Assembly: GCA_964550015.1 (NCBI GenBank) | Contig: CAZJXV010000003.1 | Coordinates: 1-40,902, forward strand | Reading direction: 5' to 3' | Origin: an uncultured Verrucomicrobiota bacterium | Lineage (GTDB): Bacteria; Auribacterota; JABMQX01; JAFGEW01 | DNA length: 40,902 nucleotides | Shown: positions 10,701 to 22,384 of the stretch, piece by piece | Position numbering within the stretch: the stretch's first letter is position 1 | Layout of the letters: each line of letters begins with the position of its first letter | Made by a program: the position numbers and the translations under genes | Notes under the pieces: generated by a model | Told to the model about the DNA's origin: nothing | The model's database searches: none | Seen by the model: only the letters and a program-made list of their open reading frames with translations

Positions 10701-12167
10701 AACGTTGAGAAGACCTATTACGTCAATGTGACCCTGGGGGACGATGGCCACGACGGCCTGGCCAGCCTGTACGACGGCACGCACGGGCCGAAGGCGACGA
10801 TCCAGGCAGGCATTGATGTCTCGCCGTACACGGCCGGTTATACCGTGCTCGTCGCCGATGGCACGTACACGGGCGGTGGAAACAAAGACATCCAGTTCAT
10901 GGGCCGGCCTCTTACCGTTTGCTCGGCACACGGGGCCGGCGCCTGCAGCATAGACTGCGAAGGCGCCGGCCGGGCGTTCTACCTGCGCTTCGCAGAACGA
11001 TCCGATTCCGTCATCGAGGGGTTTGCAATCCGCAACGGCAACGTCGAGAACGGCGGCGGCATTGCCGTTGATTATTCCAGCCCGACGATTGCCAACTGCA
11101 CGGTCACCGACTGCTACGCAAGCGGCAACGGCGGCGGCATGTATTGCTGGTCCAGCAGTCCCACGATCACCGACTGTACGATTACGGATTGCACGGCCGA
11201 TGGAAACGGCGGGGGCGCTTACTGCTCGGAAGGCAGTCCAGTCATCATCAATTGTACCATCAGCAGCAACACGGGAGGCCCTTATCCAGCAGCAGGAGGC
11301 GGCATCTCCTGGGCCAACAACTGCGCTCTTTCGATTATCGACTCGACGATCTCCGACAATGAGGCCGGATGGTGCGGAGGCGGCCTCTACGCGGACGACG
11401 ATTGCACCGCGACTATCACCGGCTGCACAATCTCTGGCAATAGTAGCTCCATAGGCGGCGGCATCAAGTTTCGGTTCGACGTCGCTGGGCCGGTGACCAA
11501 CTGCGCGATCATCGGGAACACAGCCACGTATATTGGCGGCGGGATGTCCTGTTCCGGAGGCAACGGCTCGACGATCACCAACTGCACGTTCGCGGGGAAC
11601 AGCGCCGCGACGCATGCTGGCAGCATCAGCTACACAACCAACGCCATGGTGCTAACCGACTGCATCCTTTGGGGCAACACTCCTGAAGAACTCTATCCTG
11701 ACTCCGAAACCGCCGATCTGCCGACAGTGACCTACTGCGATGTGCAGGGCGGCGCGGGGGAGGCGTGGTTCGATCCGGTGACATGCATTGACCAGGATCC
11801 GCTGTTCGTTCACGGACCGCTGCACGACTACTACTTGAGCCAGCTGGCCGCCGGGCAAGGCATAAACAGTCCGTGCGTGGACGCGGGGAGTGATACGGCG
11901 GGGAACCTCGGCCTCGATGCGCTGACGACACGCACTGACGGCGTGGGTGACGCGGGCGTGGTGGATATGGGTTACCATGCCGCACCCGCGATCTTCGGGG
12001 ATGTGGATGGCAACGGCGTCGTGGACGGTCTCGACCTTGCCGCCGTGCTGTCGGCGTGGGAGTGCGTGCCCGGCGACCCGCTGTGGAACCCGGCCGCCGA
12101 CCTCGACGGCAACGGCGTCGTTGATGGGTTAGATCTCACGGAAGTGATAGCGAACTGGACTGAGTAG
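7713..12167 (+). CDS. Giant secreted protein: three parallel beta-helix (pectate-lyase-fold) modules, two TSP3-type calcium-binding linkers, C-terminal dockerin-like cassette
   Basis: ATG 7713 has a GGAGAGGA RBS and a signal peptide (MKLHAFLCTLSLTAMILSAPAVAG). Modules start near 7713, 9285 and 10710 with (T/K)(I/Y)YV...TIQAGI...VADGTYTG.GN.D. Each contains many NC(V/T)I.(G/D)N...GGGI beta-helix turns. The linkers DTDGDG(R)DDGQE..GTNP.HPDN are at about 9042-9280 and 10474-10706. The dockerin cassette is at 11998-12164. Confidence 0.85.
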   Translation: MKLHAFLCTLSLTAMILSAPAVAGTIYVDDDNTGGPWDGSEANPYQYIQDGITNASPGDTVIVKDGTYTGAGNKDLDFGGKAITLQSENGADVTIIDCEGAGRGFHFQSGETAAAIVDGFTIRNGSVTGGGGGAIRCENLSSPTITNCVIAENSADWAAGIYCGDGNPTISNCVITGNKAAGSGGGIYCGGGHTVITGCTISNNITATHGGGIKCMFGDNATISDCVISGNGARDNFGGGGVFLYSAGLVTIEDCTFHDNWTYGAGGAVRCAYTDAIITGCRVENNRAGSYGGGIDLYGGDAAVTNCIIKSNVAAKGAGGIQCALPDSPTITNCTITDNRAPANGGGIFCDDNNSPTITNSIIYGNTGGELVVDSATPTVTYCDVQGGWPGTGNIDADPMLSADGHLRTGSPCNGTGTAVAAPADDIDGEARPYPPAGAVDMGADEFVDTDTDGMPDWYEDTYGLLKGDPSDAGLDKDGDTFTNLAEYEEHGTNPDEADTDGDGRDDGQELTDGTNPLHPDNAAMTYYVNGATGSDTYDGMAAAWDGTHGPKATIQAGINATAPGLPYTVFVADGTYTGIGNRDMNFRGRAITVRSENGASACIIDCENAGGGFAFRLAEGLDSVLDGFTITNGIGFWTGLQGDDTHNGGAVFCRRSSPTIQDCTITGNSTESEGGGIWCYQSSPSIIDCTISDNVALPPYAEGGGIFCFAESSPTITRCTISGNTSAKSGGGIYCRFSCSPVISDCVIADNSTGYNGGAILLDEDSAPIMTNCMILGNTASQRGGGMACYGSAPTLANCTVAYNDAGTAGSAITCGSSGDRPTLTNCIVWGDMTQQVSGGPIVAYCNIKGGTGEVWFDPVTCIEADPLLGPEGLLRSGSPCIDWCPSGPAQDVEGDARPVDIPGVGYDDPPDARTYDIGADEFVDTDGDGLPDWWEQEHFGSPLAADAGGDEDFDGLTNLGECQHGANPWVPDTDGDGRNDGQEVAEGTNPVHPDNVEKTYYVNVTLGDDGHDGLASLYDGTHGPKATIQAGIDVSPYTAGYTVLVADGTYTGGGNKDIQFMGRPLTVCSAHGAGACSIDCEGAGRAFYLRFAERSDSVIEGFAIRNGNVENGGGIAVDYSSPTIANCTVTDCYASGNGGGMYCWSSSPTITDCTITDCTADGNGGGAYCSEGSPVIINCTISSNTGGPYPAAGGGISWANNCALSIIDSTISDNEAGWCGGGLYADDDCTATITGCTISGNSSSIGGGIKFRFDVAGPVTNCAIIGNTATYIGGGMSCSGGNGSTITNCTFAGNSAATHAGSISYTTNAMVLTDCILWGNTPEELYPDSETADLPTVTYCDVQGGAGEAWFDPVTCIDQDPLFVHGPLHDYYLSQLAAGQGINSPCVDAGSDTAGNLGLDALTTRTDGVGDAGVVDMGYHAAPAIFGDVDGNGVVDGLDLAAVLSAWECVPGDPLWNPAADLDGNGVVDGLDLTEVIANWTE

Positions 12168-12325
12168 GTCCGCCGAGTCCGAGCCCACAAGAACAGGGCC
12201 GGTTGGCAGCGGGTGAGGGGCGTCGAGGCCCGGCAGGCGTGGTTCTCGCCCCGGCAACGTCACGCGGGGGAACAACACCGTGCGGACGAAGTAGACGCCC
12301 GTGAGAGAAGCAGGAGGGAGGAGCG

Positions 12326-15214
12326 ATGAAACGACCATGGATTGTCCTCGCGGGTCTTGCGCTGTTCACGTCGGGGCCCATCCTTGCCGGCACGATCTAC
12401 GTTGACGATGACGCCCCGGGCGATCCCGGCCCGGGCGACCCGACGGTCAGCGACCCGCTCGAGGACGGCACGGCCGCGCATCCCTACGACGCGATCCAGG
12501 AGGGCATCGACGCCGCAATCGGGGGCGACACCGTCCAGGTCACCGACGGCACGTACACGGGCGATGGCAACCGCGACCTCGACTTCGGCGGCAAAGCCAT
12601 CACGCTCGCAAGCGAGAACGGTCGCGACGCGACGATTATAGACTGTGAGCGCTTAGGCTGGGGTTTCATTTTCCAGTCGGGGGAGACTGGGGCGTCGGTC
12701 ATCGACGGCTTCACAGTGCGGAACGGGAGTTTCGCCAGTGGCGGTGGTGTTCACTGTTATGAAAGCAGTCCCAGAATAGCCAACTGCGTCATCTGTGATT
12801 GTCGGACCTCGTCTTCTGATGGCTCAGGCGGCGGTGTCTCCCTGAACTGGAGTAATGCAACGTTCGTGAATTGCGTGATCCGGGACAACACCGCGCGGAA
12901 CGATGGCGGCGGCATTAGGCTATACTACAGTAACGCAATCTTCACCAATTGCATAATAACCGGTAATACTGCCCAGGACGATGGCGGGGGCATCTTCTCA
13001 CACAAGGAGAGCGGCACGTTTATCAACTGCATGATCAGCAGGAATAGCACTCACGGCAAGGGTGGGGCGGCCTACCTGCGTTCCGGGAGTCCGACGCTGA
13101 TACACTGCACGATCTATGACAACGTGTCTGATGAAGGAAGCGGAGGTGTTCACATTTATGGGAGCATCGCCTTTGTGCGTGTGTCCAACTGCATCCTCTG
13201 GGGTAACGGCGAAGAGGTCACCGTCGAATATGGCACGCTGCAGGCGAGTTACTGCAACGTAGAAGGCGGCTATCCGGGCGTCGGCAACATTGACGCTGAT
13301 CCTTCTGTCTTGAACCCAGCGGGCGGTGATTATCATTTGACCGCTCACTCGCCATGCATTGACGCGGGTAGCGCGGAGGCGCCGGAAACGGACTTTGAAG
13401 GCGAGTGGCGCTGGGACGATCCCGACATTCCGAACACGGGTGGGACTCAATACGACATTGGCGCCGACGAGTGGGTTGACACTGACGGCGACGACTTGCC
13501 GAACTACTGGGAAACCGAAAAGGGTCTCGACCCTGATGACGATACCGGTGATCAAGGCGCCGACGGTGATCCGGACGGCGATATGCTCACCAACATGGAC
13601 GAGTACCTCTTGGGCACGCACCCGCTCAGTTGCGATACGGACAACGACGGAATGGACGACGGTTGGGAGGCAGGCTACGGCTTTGACCCTCTGGTTGACG
13701 ACAGCGCCGGCGACCCGGACGGGGACGATCTTGCCAACGTGCAGGAGTTCGAAAACGGGACCAACCCGTTCAACGCCGACACGGATAATGATGCAATGCC
13801 GGATGGTTGGGAGGTCGAGAACACGCTGAACCCGCTTATTGATGATTCGGCTGATGACCCAGATGGCGACGGGCTTGGCAATCTTGTCGAGTGCAATCTG
13901 GGCACGGATCCGCACGACCCTGATTGTGATGACGACGGGTTGATGGATGGCCTTGAGGTCGCCGCGGGCACCAATCCGTTCCATCCCGATAACCTTGAAA
14001 AAACCTATTACATCAACGTCGCCACGGGCGATGATGCGAGCGATGGGTTGGCGGCTGCGTGGGACGGCGTGCATGGCCCGACGAGGACGATCCGGGCGGG
14101 GATCGCGCGGTCGGTGGCGGGCTACGGTTACACGGTGCTTGTCGCCGACGGGGTCTACGACGGGCCGGACAATCGGGACCTCGACTACGAAGGCAGAGAC
14201 ATCACGCTCGTATCGGAGAACGGCCCGGCCTATACGATCATTGACTGCGAAGGCGCCGGCCGGGCGTTCAAGTTCTGGTATGGCGAGACGCCGGCGTCGG
14301 TGCTCGACGGGTTCACGATCTGCAACGGGTCGGTCGTGGGTTACGCCGGGGCCGTCTACTGCGTCTCGAGCAGCCCGACGATCAGCAACTGTGTCATGAC
14401 GGGCAACGTGGCCAGCGCTCACGCGGGCGCGATCTACTGCACGGTCAGCAGCCCCGTTATCAGCAATTGTGTCCTGACGGCGAACGCGGCGGGCGACGAC
14501 GGCGGTGCCCTGCGCTGTTATTACAGCAGTCCGGTGCTGTTCAATTGCCTGATCGCGGGCAACACGGCGAGCGGCGACGGCGGGGGCGTCTCGTCGTACG
14601 CGAGCAACTTGATGGTGGCCAATTGTACGGTGACGGGCAACCTGGCCGGCCTGGCCGGCGACGGCATTCATTCGAGCGGGGTGCCGGACTGGAATCCGAC
14701 GGTCACCGACTGCATTGTCTGGGGCAACGGCGCGCAGGCGATCTACGTCTATTCCGGCACGGCGACGGTGACTTACTCCGATGTGCAGGGCGGCACGGGC
14801 GAGGCGTGGTTCGGCGCCGGGTGCATTGACGCGGACCCGTTGTTCGTGAGCGGCCCGGACCACGATTACTACCTGAGCCAAACGCCCGCCGGGCAGGGCG
14901 CCGACAGCCCGTGCGTGGACGCCGGCAGCGACACCGCCAGCGCCCTGGGCCTTATCGCGTTTACGACGCGAACCGACGGCGTGGCTGACACGGGCATGGT
15001 CGACATGGGCTATCACACGCCGGCTTCCACGATGCGGGGTGACGTGGACGGCAATATGGTCGTTGACGGTCTTGACTTGTCGGCGGTGCTTTCCGCGTGG
15101 GAGTGCACGCCGGGCGACCCGCTGTGGGACGCGGCCGCGGACCTCGATGGTAACGCGGTCATCAACGGCCTTGACCTCACCGAGGTGATATCGTACTGGA
15201 CCGCCGGGCACTGA
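12326..15214 (+). CDS. Giant secreted protein, two beta-helix modules with an extended TSP3-type linker and C-terminal dockerin-like cassette (paralogue of 7713..12167)
   Basis: The RBS GGAGGGAGGA and the signal peptide MKRPWIVLAGLALFTSGPILAG are present. It has the same module head and beta-helix turns as its neighbour. A long D-rich linker runs about 13463-13998 with at least 5 DxDxDG repeats. The dockerin cassette is at 15038-15211. Confidence 0.85.
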   Translation: MKRPWIVLAGLALFTSGPILAGTIYVDDDAPGDPGPGDPTVSDPLEDGTAAHPYDAIQEGIDAAIGGDTVQVTDGTYTGDGNRDLDFGGKAITLASENGRDATIIDCERLGWGFIFQSGETGASVIDGFTVRNGSFASGGGVHCYESSPRIANCVICDCRTSSSDGSGGGVSLNWSNATFVNCVIRDNTARNDGGGIRLYYSNAIFTNCIITGNTAQDDGGGIFSHKESGTFINCMISRNSTHGKGGAAYLRSGSPTLIHCTIYDNVSDEGSGGVHIYGSIAFVRVSNCILWGNGEEVTVEYGTLQASYCNVEGGYPGVGNIDADPSVLNPAGGDYHLTAHSPCIDAGSAEAPETDFEGEWRWDDPDIPNTGGTQYDIGADEWVDTDGDDLPNYWETEKGLDPDDDTGDQGADGDPDGDMLTNMDEYLLGTHPLSCDTDNDGMDDGWEAGYGFDPLVDDSAGDPDGDDLANVQEFENGTNPFNADTDNDAMPDGWEVENTLNPLIDDSADDPDGDGLGNLVECNLGTDPHDPDCDDDGLMDGLEVAAGTNPFHPDNLEKTYYINVATGDDASDGLAAAWDGVHGPTRTIRAGIARSVAGYGYTVLVADGVYDGPDNRDLDYEGRDITLVSENGPAYTIIDCEGAGRAFKFWYGETPASVLDGFTICNGSVVGYAGAVYCVSSSPTISNCVMTGNVASAHAGAIYCTVSSPVISNCVLTANAAGDDGGALRCYYSSPVLFNCLIAGNTASGDGGGVSSYASNLMVANCTVTGNLAGLAGDGIHSSGVPDWNPTVTDCIVWGNGAQAIYVYSGTATVTYSDVQGGTGEAWFGAGCIDADPLFVSGPDHDYYLSQTPAGQGADSPCVDAGSDTASALGLIAFTTRTDGVADTGMVDMGYHTPASTMRGDVDGNMVVDGLDLSAVLSAWECTPGDPLWDAAADLDGNAVINGLDLTEVISYWTAGH

Positions 15215-15307
15215 AGACGGATGTGAGCAAGCAGGTGCTCGGGGGACGTAAGGACACGCGTCCATAGGGTCATCCTCCGTTGGCGTGGCTGACCGAAAGG
15301 AATGAAA

Positions 15308-15342
15308 GGCCCGAGGCGTTGTATGCGCCTCGGGCCTTGTTG
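15308..15342 (+). terminator. Intrinsic terminator candidate
   Basis: Perfect 11-bp GC-rich stem GGCCCGAGGCG/CGCCTCGGGCC with a 7-nt loop, followed by TTGTTG. It lies 94 nt after the stop at 15214. Confidence 0.6.
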
Positions 15343-15676
15343 CGAGAGTGGTGGTGTGGCCCTCCTAATGGGTGCCGGCCGGTGGGGGGCGGTGTCATTG
15401 ACCTGCAACCCGGTTGCGGCCCAGTGTGTCTGCCGGAGGTCATGATGATGGACGCCGGCTATGGAGCAACGAACGTTCTGTTCCGTTGCCTCTTGACGCG
15501 ATTGGGCGGGCCTGTGCGATACTGACGAGTTTACTGTTGGGGCTGCTGCGTGCTCGGGCCCGGGACCTTGGAGAGAACAGCGGCACCGTCGGGGATGAGG
15601 TGTTGGTGGACGTGTTTTTGCGGGGTGCAGGGCGGGCGACGCCCGTGGCTCGTGGGGCCGGGGGGTCGTTTGACGT

Positions 15677-16917
15677 ATGAAAGGTGTGACTGTGAAGAGA
15701 GCAATTGCGGCGGTCATTGTTCTGGCCATTCTGGCTCTGATCGGGTGGCGCATCTACCGGAAGGTGAGCGCGGAGCAAGGCGCGAACCGGGGGCGGGGAC
15801 GGCGGGCGGTGCCCGTCGAGGCGACGGCCGTTCGCCGTCAGACCGTATACGACGTGGAGGAGTTCACGGGAACGCTGGTGGCGAAGTCCCAGTTCATTGT
15901 CGCGCCCAAGGTGTCCGGGCGGCTGGAGAAGCTCCTGGTCAATATCGGTGACCCGGTGAACAACGGCGACGAGATTGCCAAGCTGGACAGCGAGGAATAC
16001 GCCCAGCAGGTGGCCCAGGCGACGGCGGAGCTCGAGGTGAGCCGGGCCAACCTGGCGGACTCCGCCAGCGAGCTGGATGCCGCCACGCGTGAGTTCGAGC
16101 GGGCCAAGGAGCTGCGCGAGCAGCAGGTCGCCTCCGAGGCGGAGCTGGATCAGGCGGAGGCACGCTCTCGTGCCGCGGAGGCGAAGCACCAGGTGGCGCA
16201 GGCGCAGATCAAGCAGAAGGAAGCCGCGTTGAAGGTGGCCGAGACGCGGCTCGGGTATACGCGCATCCGGGTCGCGTGGGAGGACGGCGAGGCGCCCCGG
16301 GCCGTTGCGGAGCGGTTCGTTGACGAGGGGGCGATGCTCAAGGCGAACGACCCGATTGTGTCCGTCGTGGACCTCAGTTCGGTCATTGCGGTCGTCTACG
16401 TGATCGAGCGCGATTTCCCGCAGATCAGTGCAGGCAAGGTACGATCCATCACGACCGACGCCTACCCGGGTCAGGAGTTCACGGGAGAGATCGTGCGCCG
16501 TGCGCCCGTTCTCAAGGAGGAGTCGCGCCAGGCGCGAGTGGAGATCGAGATCCCCAATGCGGACGGGCGGCTGGCGCCGGGGATGTTCGTTCGCGTGCGC
16601 GTGGAATTCGCCGAGCACGACAACGCCGTCGTGGTGCCCGTGTCGGCGCTGGTCCGGCGTGATAGCCGGCAGGGGGTCTTTGTCGTCGACACCAAGCAGA
16701 TGAAGGCGCGCTTCGTCCCGGTCACGGCGGGCATCGTCGAGGGCGGTCTGGTGGAAATCCTGGAGCCGGAGCTCGAGGGCCTGGTTGTGACGCTCGGGCA
16801 GCACCTGCTCGAGAACGGGGCGGCGGTCGCGCTGCCGCAGGGCGAGCCCGGGGACGAGGGAGGCGAGCGCCCGGAAGGCCCACCGGCGGCGGAGGCGGTG
16901 AACCGGGGGAGGCGTCC

Positions 16918-16921
<4 letters not shown>
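15677..16921 (+). CDS. RND efflux periplasmic adaptor (membrane fusion protein, HlyD family)
   Basis: Has an N-terminal TM anchor (AIAAVIVLAILALIGW). A coiled-coil hairpin region (QQVAQATAELEVSRANL...AEAKHQVAQAQIKQKEAALKVAETRLGYTRI) is followed by beta-barrel segments. The stop overlaps the pump gene start (ATGA). Confidence 0.85.
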
Positions 16922-20069
<3,148 letters not shown>

Positions 20070-20073
<4 letters not shown>

Positions 20074-21659
20074 GGATGCGTGCCGGGTTGCGACTGGCCT
20101 GCGGTGCGGCAGCGATTCTGTCGCTGTCCATGTCATCGTGCAGGAGGACGGAGACCGAGCCGACGTGGGAATCATCCACTTCGGCCGTGCCGGGCGCGGC
20201 GCTTCCCCTGGGCGGGGGCTCCCCATCATCTGAAGCGTCGGCACCGGCCGAGCTGGGGGCCATCACCATCGAAGAGGCAGTGCTGACGGCCCTGGAGAAC
20301 AACCGCGCCCTGACGGTTGAGCGGCTGAACCCGCCGATTCAGCGTACGTTCGAGCAGCAGGAGCGCGCGGCTTTTGACCCGCTGTTGTCCGTCGAGGTCT
20401 CCGGCAGCCGCGAGGAGGGCGACGGCGGCACGGGTTCAGAGGGCCGCGAACGCTCGAGGAGCGGCGAGGCGGTCGTGTCGGAGTTCCTGCCGACGGGCAC
20501 GGCGGTCGAGCTGGGCGCAGAGACGGACGGGACCGACGGGGACGCCACGGCCGAGGAGTACACCACGCGCGCGGGATTGACGGTGACTCAGGCGTTGCTC
20601 GAGGGACGCGGTGTCGCCGTCAACCTGGCCGATGTGCGGCAGGCGCGTCTCGACACGCGGCTTTCTGAGTACGAGTTCCGCGGCTTCGCCGAGGCGTTGG
20701 TCGCCGAGGTGGAAACCACGTACTGGGATTACGTCCTGGCGCGGCGTCAGGTCGAGATTCTCGACGAATCACTGACCCTCGCGCGGCAGCAGTTCGAGGA
20801 AACCCAGAAGCGCATCCGCGTCGGGGATCTCGCGGAGACGGAGCTTGCCGCCGCCGAGGCGGAGATCGCGCTGCGGCGTGAGGCGCTGATCAACGCGCGC
20901 AGCCGGGTGGATGCGCTTCGGGCGCGGCTGGTGCGGCTCGTCCGCCCCGACGCGCTGCGAGCGGCGGGGCGCGAGGTCACGCCCGTGAGCGAGCCCGCCG
21001 TGTCGCCGGCGGAGCTGGATCCCCTGCAGGAGCACGTCGAGCTCGCGCTTCGCATGCGGCCGGACATGAACCAGGCGCGGCTGCTGGTTCGGCGCGGCGA
21101 CCTGGAGCTGGTCAAGACGAGGAACGGCCTGCTGCCGCGTATGGACCTGTTCATCAGCCTCGGCAAGTCCGGCTATGCTGATTCTTTCGGCCGTTCGGTC
21201 GAGGATATCGGCGGCGGGTACGACACCACCATCGGGCTGACGTTCGAGTACGCGGTGGCCGACCGTGCGGCGCGGGCCCGTCACCGGCGCGCGGCGCTGA
21301 CGCGGCAACAGCTCGAGGAGTCCATGCGGAACGTCGAGGACCTCGTGCGCGAGGACGTCGAGCTGGCGTACATCGAAGTCAAGCGCGCGTGGGAGCAGGT
21401 GGGCGCGACGGCGACGACACGGCGCTTCCAGCAGGAGAAGCTGCGCGCCGAGATGGCGAAGTTCCGCGTCGGGAGGTCCACGGCGCTGCTGGTGGCCCAG
21501 GCGCAGCGCGACCTCGTGGAGAGCCAAGTCGCCGAGGTGGAGGCCGGCACGAACTACCTCAAGGCGCGGACCGAGCTGTTCCTGAAAGAGGGGTCGCTCC
21601 TGGAGCGGCGCGGTCTTTCCGCGCCGGGGCGCGAGCCGCTGCTCGAGCGTGAGGAGTAA
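20070..21659 (+). CDS. TolC-family outer membrane efflux protein (possible NodT-type lipoprotein)
   Basis: The GTG start overlaps the pump stop (GTGA). A signal/lipobox-like LSLSMSSC is present. Two repeated alpha-helical halves carry typical TolC motifs (LTLEEAV-like [17 protein letters not shown]; [11 protein letters not shown]). Confidence 0.85.
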
Positions 21660-21753
21660 GGCAGCCGGCGTCAGCGCTTCCAGGCGTGGTGCCCCGCGCA
21701 TGGGCTCGACGAGGCCGCCGCGGAAGCTTCTCGGCGGCAGGGTATAAGGGAAG

Positions 21754-21795
21754 CGCGCCCGGCTGGACTCGAACCAGCAACCTCCGGATTCGTAG
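21754..21795 (-). pseudogene. Truncated tRNA-Arg(ACG)-like 3' half (anticodon loop to discriminator); not an intact tRNA
   Basis: The minus strand reads CTACGAA-TCCGG-AGGTT-GCTGG-TTCGAGT-CCAGC-CGGGCGC-G. That gives an anticodon loop with ACG, a 3' anticodon stem, a variable loop, a perfect T-arm and a 3' acceptor strand. No matching 5' acceptor (GCGCCCG), D-arm or 5' anticodon stem lies upstream. Confidence 0.5.
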
Positions 21796-21802
21796 TCGAA
21801 GA

Positions 21803-21852
21803 GGGCGGCCACGACACAAGTGGCCGCCCTTCTGTGTCTTGCTGCTTTTCTC
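21803..21852 (+). terminator. Terminator-like hairpin inside repeat copy A
   Basis: 10-bp stem GGGCGGCCAC/GTGGCCGCCC with a 7-nt loop, followed by a T-rich tract TTCTGTGTCTTGCTGCTTTTCTC. It is the first strong hairpin downstream of the TolC-like gene. Confidence 0.45.
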
Positions 21853-22364
21853 GTCGAGAAGCCGCTCATCTGGGCGTGAAGTCCAATGAACTCAGATGAA
21901 GTCCAAGGAGCCCAGTGAACTCCAGAGGATGACACAAAGATGACACACGGCCCCGAGCTTGTCTCATGGACCTGCTGGCCTGACGTGCGTGTCCGCCTTG
22001 GCTTGGCTGCCCGGTCACCTCGTTGTCAGATGTCCTCGGCTGAGGAGTTGGGCTCGATCACGCACTCGCGCCTCGAGATTGGCCCACCCAAAACCTGAGA
22101 GCCCAATGCCATTTTAGCTTTTGTTACCCTCGGCGGTGCGGTCCTTCCCCGAAGCTAAGTGTCTGCAATCGTGTTGACCGGGGGAAGCCTGCTTGCCACC
22201 GATAGGTTCCCGCCGCAATCCGTCCGCTTTCGCATCCCCTAGGAATACGGCCACGGCGACGCGTATGTCCTTCAGGACAAAGGGGTCGCATACGTAAGGC
22301 GAACGCCCGGGAGTTGGGGGAACACGTCGGCGGCAGATGCCAGGTTGCCTGCCAGGCCATCGTG

Positions 22365-22384
22365 GAGATTCTTCGAGATTCTTC
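22365..22384. repeat. Perfect tandem 10-mer GAGATTCTTC x2 abutting a -35-like hexamer
   Basis: GAGATTCTTCGAGATTCTTC is immediately followed by TTGACA (22385-22390). Confidence 0.7.

Larger units (their letters stand above)
21744..21951. repeat. 208-bp direct repeat, copy A (left boundary of the 11.5 kb segment)
   Basis: Aligns base-for-base with 33453-33660 (offset 11709), with roughly a dozen mismatches by eye. It contains a tRNA-like 3' half, a GC hairpin, two CCAATGAACTC(C)AGA-like motifs and ATGACACA-N3-ATGACACA. Confidence 0.85.

Noticed and set aside
7713-15214. CRISPR-like or other non-coding repeat arrays
   Set aside because: All periodic repeats in the window lie inside long open reading frames and encode protein repeats (beta-helix turns, TSP3, B-repeats). 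There is no array of short identical repeats with unique spacers anywhere.
8685-15265. Long antisense ORFs across the beta-helix genes (8685..9758 -, 10089..11615 -, 12998..15265 -)
   Set aside because: They mirror the periodic + strand repeats. Their composition is dominated by Arg/Ala/Val/Gly, and they have no start context or recognisable domains. The + strand products have signal peptides and coherent domain architecture.
15493-15523. TTGACG...TGcGATACT promoter-like elements upstream of the RND operon
   Set aside because: The spacer would be 19 nt and the hexamer matches are modest. That is not enough support to list it as a feature.
20769-21935. Minus-strand ORFs 20769..21935 and 32886..33986 that share the peptide SSSGVHWAPWTSSEFIGLHA.MSGFST.KAAR.RRAAT.VVAAL.DYESGGCWFE.SRARFPY
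   Set aside because: The shared peptide is simply the translation of the 208-bp repeat, including the tRNA-like part. Outside the repeat the two ORFs are unrelated and run antisense to real genes or through non-coding DNA.
21744-21951. Intact tRNA, intron-containing tRNA or tmRNA in the repeat units
   Set aside because: Only the anticodon loop, T-arm and 3' acceptor strand are present. No complementary 5' acceptor strand (GCGCCCG) or D-arm lies within about 400 nt upstream on the minus strand. The 10-bp hairpin next to the loop is too long for an anticodon stem, and no tmRNA-like 5' end or tag reading frame was found.
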